From the NCBI GenBank assembly GCA_007130365.1, contig SLSR01000032.1, forward strand, positions 1 to 33,809: a DNA stretch of 33,809 nt, given 5' to 3'. A program made the position numbers and the translations under genes. The stretch comes from Lentisphaeria bacterium (GTDB lineage: Bacteria > Verrucomicrobiota > Lentisphaeria > Oligosphaerales > PUNB01). Of this stretch, positions 28,170 through 33,809 are shown piece by piece. The notes under the pieces were generated by a model that was not told where the DNA came from, made no database searches, and saw only the letters and a program-made list of their open reading frames with translations. How positions within the stretch are numbered: the first letter of the stretch is position 1; every line of letters begins with the position of its first letter.

Positions 28170-29237
28170 CTATCGCTTTCCCTGAATCTTCTGCATCACG
28201 CTTTCCGGATCCCGGCACTTGGTAATCATGTCGCCATAGGAAATCAATCCCTTTTCGTAGATCTGCATCAAATGCGAGTCGAGGGTGAACATGCCAAACT
28301 TGGCGCCGGTTTGAATATCCGAGGTTATGCGAAAGGTTTTATTGTCGCGAATCGAGGCGCGGATCGAGGGAGTGGAGATCATAATCTCGAAAGCGGCCAC
28401 CCGCCCGGGTTTGTCGTGCCGCTGCAGAAGCACCTGTGAAATGACTGCGATCAGGGTGGTGGCCAACTGCGTTCTGACCTGCTCCTGCTGGTCGGTGGGA
28501 AAGGCGTCGATAATCCGGTCGATGGTCTCGGCCGCGCCGGTGGTGTGCAAAGTGCCAAACACGAGATGGCCGGTTTCCGCCGCCGTCACCGCCGCCCGAA
28601 TCGTCTCCAGATCGCGCATCTCGCCGACCAGAATAATATCCGGATCCTGACGCAGGGCTCGCCGCAAAGCCTCGTCGAAACTGGGCACGTCGACTCCCAG
28701 CTCGCGCTGGGTCACTATGCTGTTCTTGTGTTCGTGATAGAATTCGATCGGATCTTCAACCGTGATAATATGGCAGCCCCTCTCCCGATTGATGATATCG
28801 ATCATTGAAGCGAGGGTCGTCGATTTGCCGCTGCCGGTCGGGCCGGTGACCAACACCATGCCTCGCGGCCGATAGAGCAGCTCTTTGACCGACGGGTTCA
28901 GCCCGATATCCTCAAGGCTCATCAGAGTGTTGGGAATCGTCCGCATGACTACGCCAATATCGCCTTTCTGGCGAAATACGCTGACCCTGAACCGCGCCTT
29001 GTCGTCAAAGGCAAAGCCGAAATCGGTGCCTCCCTCCTGTTGCACCTTTTGCTCGTTCTGTTCAGAGATGATGCTTTTCATCAACCGTTCGGTATCTTCC
29101 GGCGTCAAGGGATCGGCTTCGAGCGGGATCAGCTCGCCATGCACGCGCAAAACCGGAGCCGACCCTACAGCCAAGTGCAGATCGCTGGCTCCCTCTTCGA
29201 TCACCAAATCCAACAAATCGGTCATTTCAATCGACAT
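28170..29237 (-). CDS. pilT: type IV pilus retraction ATPase PilT
   Basis: [16 protein letters not shown], Walker [10 protein letters not shown], Asp box, Walker B ILVGEMRD, and [11 protein letters not shown] prefer the ATG at 29237; the track starts at a TTG at 29258. Confidence 0.93.
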   Translation of the reverse strand: MSIEMTDLLDLVIEEGASDLHLAVGSAPVLRVHGELIPLEADPLTPEDTERLMKSIISEQNEQKVQQEGGTDFGFAFDDKARFRVSVFRQKGDIGVVMRTIPNTLMSLEDIGLNPSVKELLYRPRGMVLVTGPTGSGKSTTLASMIDIINRERGCHIITVEDPIEFYHEHKNSIVTQRELGVDVPSFDEALRRALRQDPDIILVGEMRDLETIRAAVTAAETGHLVFGTLHTTGAAETIDRIIDAFPTDQQEQVRTQLATTLIAVISQVLLQRHDKPGRVAAFEIMISTPSIRASIRDNKTFRITSDIQTGAKFGMFTLDSHLMQIYEKGLISYGDMITKCRDPESVMQKIQGKR

Positions 29238-29269
29238 GACAATACCTTGCTTAGTCAATATTTGTATTT

Positions 29270-30985
29270 TTAAGTATACTTCAAAACTTCCTCGGCCGTC
29301 GACAACCCGTCGAAAACCTTGCGTATCCCGCTTTGCCGCAACAGGGTCATTCCTTCCTGCACCCCTTGATTGCGAATAGATATCGTTGGCTTGCGCTGGG
29401 TGATCAGATCCTGGACTTTCGGAGTGATTCGCAACAGTTCGAAAATTCCGACTCGCCCTCTGTAACCCGTCTGATTGCAGTTGGAGCAGCCTTTTGCATA
29501 ATAGAATTTACGGTCGCCGATTTCCTCCCGCGTCAAGCCAAGCAATTCGATTTCGCGGTCTTCCGGCTCGTAGGTCGTCTTGCAGGAATTGCACAAGCGC
29601 CTGATCAGGCGCTGAGCCAAAATCCCGATCAGGGTCGAGCTGACCAAAAACGGCTCGACCCCCATATCGATCAGCCGGGTGATGGCGCCCGCCGCGTCGT
29701 TGGTATGCAAGGTGCTCAAAACCAAATGACCGGTCAGAGAGGCTTGAATCGCCATTGCGGCGGTTTCCAAATCGCGAATTTCACCGACCATGATCCGATC
29801 CGGATCCTGCCGCAAAAAAGCGCGCAGAGCAGAGGCGAAGGTCATGCCGACGCTTTCCCTTACTCCGAGTTGCATGATTCCCTCCAGGTCGTACTCCACC
29901 GGATCTTCGGCCGTCAGCAATTTTTCTTCGATCGTATTGATTTCTTTAAGACCGGAATACAGAGTGGTGGTTTTCCCGCTGCCAGTCGGGCCGGTGACAA
30001 TAAGGATCCCGTTCGGCCGATGAATCAGTTCGCGAATCGATTCCAGCATGGCATCGTCCATACCAATACGCTCCAGATCCAGTTCAACGATGCTCCGGTC
30101 GAGAACCCGCAGCACGACACTTTCGCCGTATTGCGTCGGCAAGGTCGAAATTCGCATATCGATCGGTCGTCCTGCAATGCGCAATTCGATTCTTCCATCC
30201 TGGGGCAGGCGCCTTTCCGCAATGTTAAGGTTGCTGATAACTTTAAGACGACTGATCACCGGCAAGGCCAGATGTTTGGGCGGGGGCACCATCTCGTAGA
30301 GCGCGCCGTCGATCCGGTAGCGAATTTTGAACTCGTCGGCAAAGGGCTCGAAATGAATATCGCTGGCCTGATCCTTGACCGCCTGATATAGAATGACATC
30401 GACAAAGCGCACGATGGGGGCGTTGGTCGCCATCTCCTGCAACGCTTCCTCATCCTGCTCGTCATCACTATCCTGTCCTTCCATCAGGTGGGTGCTTTCC
30501 AGTTCGGCCAGCACATCCCTGACGGAATCGACATCGCGCGGATAGTAAAAGTCGACAGCGTCGTCGAGATCGGTTGGCGAAGCGACCAGAATCCGACAAT
30601 CCTGGCCCAGCACATAGTGCAGCTCGTCGATCATTCGATAGTTCATCGGATCGCGAGCCGCCACCAGCAGCACTTCGTCCTCTTCGCGAACCGGAATAAT
30701 TCCGTACATGCGAGCGATCGCGGCACTGATTTTGCCGATGATTTCACGGGGAATGGTCAAATCTTTCAAGTTAACCACTTCCGTGGCCAAATCATCGGCA
30801 ATCAACTGCAGCAATTTCGGTTCGCTGATAATGTCATAGTTGTACAATACCGTGGTAAAGGCTTTGCCGGTGCGCTCATGCTCTTCATAGGCCTCGGCAA
30901 GCTGTTCTTCGGTGGCTTTTTTGTGATCCAGCAGCAAATGCCAGATCGCATTGCTGGTGGAGTCCAGTTCGATATGCTGTTCCAT
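29270..30985 (-). CDS. type IV pilus assembly / T2SS ATPase (PilB/GspE family), paralog 2
   Basis: N-terminal GSPII_E_N-type domain, Walker [10 protein letters not shown], Walker B IMVGEIRD, His box [10 protein letters not shown], and a tetracysteine motif CNSC...CSNC. Confidence 0.93.
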   Translation of the reverse strand: MEQHIELDSTSNAIWHLLLDHKKATEEQLAEAYEEHERTGKAFTTVLYNYDIISEPKLLQLIADDLATEVVNLKDLTIPREIIGKISAAIARMYGIIPVREEDEVLLVAARDPMNYRMIDELHYVLGQDCRILVASPTDLDDAVDFYYPRDVDSVRDVLAELESTHLMEGQDSDDEQDEEALQEMATNAPIVRFVDVILYQAVKDQASDIHFEPFADEFKIRYRIDGALYEMVPPPKHLALPVISRLKVISNLNIAERRLPQDGRIELRIAGRPIDMRISTLPTQYGESVVLRVLDRSIVELDLERIGMDDAMLESIRELIHRPNGILIVTGPTGSGKTTTLYSGLKEINTIEEKLLTAEDPVEYDLEGIMQLGVRESVGMTFASALRAFLRQDPDRIMVGEIRDLETAAMAIQASLTGHLVLSTLHTNDAAGAITRLIDMGVEPFLVSSTLIGILAQRLIRRLCNSCKTTYEPEDREIELLGLTREEIGDRKFYYAKGCSNCNQTGYRGRVGIFELLRITPKVQDLITQRKPTISIRNQGVQEGMTLLRQSGIRKVFDGLSTAEEVLKYT

Positions 30986-31041
30986 GTTTCAACCCTGCAA
31001 TGAGTTTGGTCGACTGTCCAACGGCCTGCCCGGCAGTCTGG

Positions 31042-32766
31042 TCAATATTCAATATCCGCTTCATCGGAAGCGGTCACCCGAACTATTTCCTCGAGCGAAG
31101 TCATGCCATTGGCCACTTTACGCAGTCCATCCTCGCGCAAAGTGCGCATTCCGGAGCTTCGCGCATGTTCGCGAATTCGACTTGACGAAACCCCCTCGTA
31201 GATCAAATCCTGGGTGGCGTTGTCAATCATGAAAATTTCAAAGATTCCCCAGCGGCCGCGGTATCCATTGTTGCATTCGCCACAGCCTTTCCCCTTCAGC
31301 AACTGCTTGCCCGCGAAAAAGTCCTCGGGCAGGCGCAGCGCCCGCATGTGTACCGGATCGGGCTCCACTTCCTCGGCACAGGATTTGCAAATTCTCCGCA
31401 CCAAGCGTTGCGCCATGATCGCCTTCACGGCGGAAGCAACCAAAAAGGGCTTAACTCCCATGTCGATCAGCCGGGTCACCGCGCTGGGCGCGTCATTGGT
31501 ATGCAAAGTGCTGAAGACCAAATGTCCGGTCAAAGCGGCGTTGATCGCGATATTGCCGGTTTCCATGTCGCGAATTTCACCGACCATGATAATATTCGGA
31601 GCCTGCCGCATCATCGCCCGCAGAGAAGCCGCAAAAGTCATTCCGATATTGGGGTTGACATGCACCTGGTTGATTCCCGGCAGTTCGTATTCCACCGGAT
31701 CTTCCACGGTAATGATTTTGGTGGTCGGTTCGTTGATCGTATTGAGAAAGGCGTAGAGAGAGGTGGTCTTTCCCGAACCGGTCGGGCCGGTCACCAAAAA
31801 CAATCCGTCCGGCATGGCTATGATCCGATTGATCGTCTCCTGGTCGTCACTCAAAAAACCCAGTTCGGCAATTCCGAGCAGCATGCTGGTCTTGTCGAGA
31901 ATCCGCATAACGATCGATTCCCCGTGGGTCGTTGGAATATCGGACACCCGCAAATCCAATTCACGCCCCATAGTGTTGATCTGGATTCTGCCATCCTGGG
32001 GAATGCGATGCTCGGAAATATCCATGCGCGACATGATCTTTACGCGGCTGAGGATATTGTTCTGCAAATAGCGCGGGGGACTTTCGACTTCACGCAAAAC
32101 GCCGTCAATGCGATAGCGAACCCGAAATCTTTTTTCCAAAGGCTCCAAATGAATATCGGAAGAGCGATTTTTGAAGGCTTCCAGGATGATTAGAGAAACC
32201 AGGCGAATAATCGGAGCGTCTTCATCGCCGCTGCTCTCGCCGTCATCCAAAAACGCATCGGCGGTTGTGGTGTCAAACGAAGATACCGCGCCCTCGGTCA
32301 TTTCATCAAGAAAGCTTTCAACGCTGGTCTCGGCATCCCCGTAATGATAGTCGAGAGCCTCCATGATTTGTTTGCGGCTGACCACTGCGGGCTCGATGTC
32401 CAAAGACAGAATATGGCGCAACGAATCCAAAGTCTCCAGGTCGGTGGGATCAGCCATTCCGACCACCAGCATCTCGTCATTCCTGGTCAACGGCACCACT
32501 TTATAGCGTCGCGCCACGGCCGCCGGGATTTCCTTGACTACCTCGGATGGTATTTTGTAGTCAGTCAAATCAAATGTGTCCATGCCGTATTCACTGGCCA
32601 CCATCATCAGAACCTGGTTTTCCGGCATGATTTCCAAATTGCTCAAAGCCTGAGTGACATCAACGTTCTTTTCGTCGACATAGGCCTTAACTTCGTCGGC
32701 CTGCTGATGCGAAATAAACTCGCGAGCCGTCAACAGGTCCAAAATCAATTCATCATTCGCAGTCAC
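31042..32766 (-). CDS. type IV pilus assembly / T2SS ATPase (PilB/GspE family), paralog 1
   Basis: Same architecture as paralog 2: [27 protein letters not shown] and CKSC...CGEC. I prefer the GTG at 32766 (AAGGAG 8 nt upstream); the track start at 32793 is a TTG. Confidence 0.92.
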   Translation of the reverse strand: MTANDELILDLLTAREFISHQQADEVKAYVDEKNVDVTQALSNLEIMPENQVLMMVASEYGMDTFDLTDYKIPSEVVKEIPAAVARRYKVVPLTRNDEMLVVGMADPTDLETLDSLRHILSLDIEPAVVSRKQIMEALDYHYGDAETSVESFLDEMTEGAVSSFDTTTADAFLDDGESSGDEDAPIIRLVSLIILEAFKNRSSDIHLEPLEKRFRVRYRIDGVLREVESPPRYLQNNILSRVKIMSRMDISEHRIPQDGRIQINTMGRELDLRVSDIPTTHGESIVMRILDKTSMLLGIAELGFLSDDQETINRIIAMPDGLFLVTGPTGSGKTTSLYAFLNTINEPTTKIITVEDPVEYELPGINQVHVNPNIGMTFAASLRAMMRQAPNIIMVGEIRDMETGNIAINAALTGHLVFSTLHTNDAPSAVTRLIDMGVKPFLVASAVKAIMAQRLVRRICKSCAEEVEPDPVHMRALRLPEDFFAGKQLLKGKGCGECNNGYRGRWGIFEIFMIDNATQDLIYEGVSSSRIREHARSSGMRTLREDGLRKVANGMTSLEEIVRVTASDEADIEY

Positions 32767-32830
32767 GGCACCGACTCCTTGAAAAAAGAACAAAAATCCG
32801 AAAATTTATATTTAAAAACACAATTTAGTT

Positions 32831-32858
32831 TATATATCACATAAAAAGAAACTGTCAA
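32831..32858 (-). promoter_or_regulatory. candidate sigma-70 promoter of the pilB-pilB-pilT-pilC operon
   Basis: Minus strand: TTGACA (32858-32853), 16 nt, TATATA (32836-32831). It sits in a very AT-rich 130-nt spacer. Confidence 0.4.
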
Positions 32859-32896
32859 CACATTGTCTGTCTGATCGATTCATGCGCCAGCCTGCA

Positions 32897-33571
32897 TTAA
32901 TCCGGCTGCACGAAAAAAATTTCCTCCAACGTGGCGCTCAAGGCATGATACAACGGCTGATGCAGCTCCTGGACCAAAAAGGTGGACGTTTCCGGGACTC
33001 CCAACCAAACGTCCGACCACTTTTTCAGCCTTCCCCCGCTCGCGCCAGTCAAACCAATCACCGAAGCCCGCTTGACCCGGGCAACTCGCGCCGCCAATTC
33101 GACATTGTCGGCATTGCCGGAAGTCGAAATCGCCAGCAGAACGTCGCCGGGACGGGCCCATACCGACAAAGGCTGGGCAAAAATCAAGGCCGCGTCATTG
33201 TCGTTGCTCAAAGCCGTGGTCAAAGCCGGATGCCCAACCAGCGACACGGCACGCAGGCCAAGCTGCAATCCATTGACCAGCAAATCGCTCTTTTCATCCT
33301 TGTCCAGTAAAGAAAAATAAACATTGCGCTCTGCCTGAGGCAACCTTCGAGATTGCAGAAAGCCCTTCATCAATTCTCCGACAATATGCTCCGCGTCAGC
33401 GGCGCTGCCGCCATTGCCGCATAAATATAGCGTGCCGCCATTGCGCAGAGACGCGACTAAAACTTCAACCGCCCGAAAAAAATCCGGACTCAAGCCGGAC
33501 AGCGCGGGACAGCGTGCAAAAAGTCGCGACAAATGAATTTCGACAATGGCTTTCTCGCAATCTTGCATCAT
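32897..33571 (-). CDS. SIS-domain protein, phosphoheptose isomerase GmhA / DiaA family
   Basis: LYLCGNGGSAADAEH and LLAISTSGNADNV resemble E. coli GmhA (SCGNGGSHCDAMH, LLGISTSGNSANV). ATG at 33571 (MMQDCEKAI...). The ORF is open to 33655, but that extension has no homologous counterpart. Confidence 0.85.
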   Translation of the reverse strand: MMQDCEKAIVEIHLSRLFARCPALSGLSPDFFRAVEVLVASLRNGGTLYLCGNGGSAADAEHIVGELMKGFLQSRRLPQAERNVYFSLLDKDEKSDLLVNGLQLGLRAVSLVGHPALTTALSNDNDAALIFAQPLSVWARPGDVLLAISTSGNADNVELAARVARVKRASVIGLTGASGGRLKKWSDVWLGVPETSTFLVQELHQPLYHALSATLEEIFFVQPD

Positions 33572-33606
33572 AGTATGAAACGTTGCCTTTCGCAAGCGTC
33601 CGGACA

Positions 33607-33732
33607 GTTGTCGACAGTGGCTGTTGACAACCTCCCCAGGCTGAATTGTGAACAACCGCTTAATAACTCTGTCAATTTTCCATTTTCAAGTTGCCAACAG
33701 TCTGTCCATTCGAAAAAGCTCCGGTTGTCAAC
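33607..33732. promoter_or_regulatory. three GTTGNCAAC palindromes upstream of the SIS gene
   Basis: GTTGACAAC at 33623-33631, GTTGCCAAC at 33690-33698 and GTTGTCAAC at 33724-33732, plus a related GTTGTCGAC at 33607-33615. Confidence 0.4.
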
Positions 33733-33809
33733 ATTTAAAATGGTCGTAAGCCAATATTAACCAGAACATTGCAAAGTTATTTGACTTATTCCAAGACATA
33801 TTAATATTA

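Overview
High-GC bacterial chromosomal window. The gene content looks like the PVC superphylum (Planctomycetota, Verrucomicrobiota, Kiritimatiellota), but that is inference only. I found no rRNA, CRISPR array, transposase or integrase. All coordinates and motifs were read by eye from the sequence and the ORF track, and no database search was run.

Layout, left to right:
- 1-5.6 kb, minus strand: a run of NtrC-type response regulator, lipoprotein, a 706-aa protein with a complete GreA module at its C-terminus, and gap.
- 5.8-11.7 kb, plus strand: a DeoR regulator translationally coupled to a 2-oxoacid dehydrogenase operon (fused E1 alpha/beta, E2, E3).
- 11.75-14.77 kb: a roughly 3-kb accessory islet bounded by long hairpins. 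It holds a radC N-terminal remnant, a four-helix-bundle 'suffix-domain' protein, an AT-rich spacer with TAGTATA repeats and a promoter, then a small winged-helix protein coupled by an ATGA overlap to a divergent FtsZ/tubulin-superfamily GTPase.
- 14.8-17.9 kb, minus strand: tkt and prfB. The prfB gene has the classic +1 frameshift site, which the ORF track splits.
- 18.0-26.5 kb, minus strand: a giant TPR/coiled-coil protein, a small secreted TPR-like protein, ExbB, two ExbD genes, and a protein that joins a TonB-like SxxxH membrane anchor to a prenyltransferase/terpene-cyclase-like domain.
- 26.57-32.8 kb, minus strand: tRNA-Pro(CGG), then two tandem PilB/GspE ATPases, PilT and PilC/GspF.
- Right edge: a SIS (GmhA/DiaA-like) gene.

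The best candidate for an undescribed system is the repeat-spacer + wHTH + FtsZ-like module at about 12.9-14.5 kb. Its architecture resembles TubC/TubR/TubZ, but its sequence looks FtsZ-like, and it lies in a chromosomal islet outside any cell-division context. The second candidate is the ExbB/ExbD cluster with the TonB-anchor/alpha-toroid fusion. The many long antisense ORFs in the track are high-GC artefacts.
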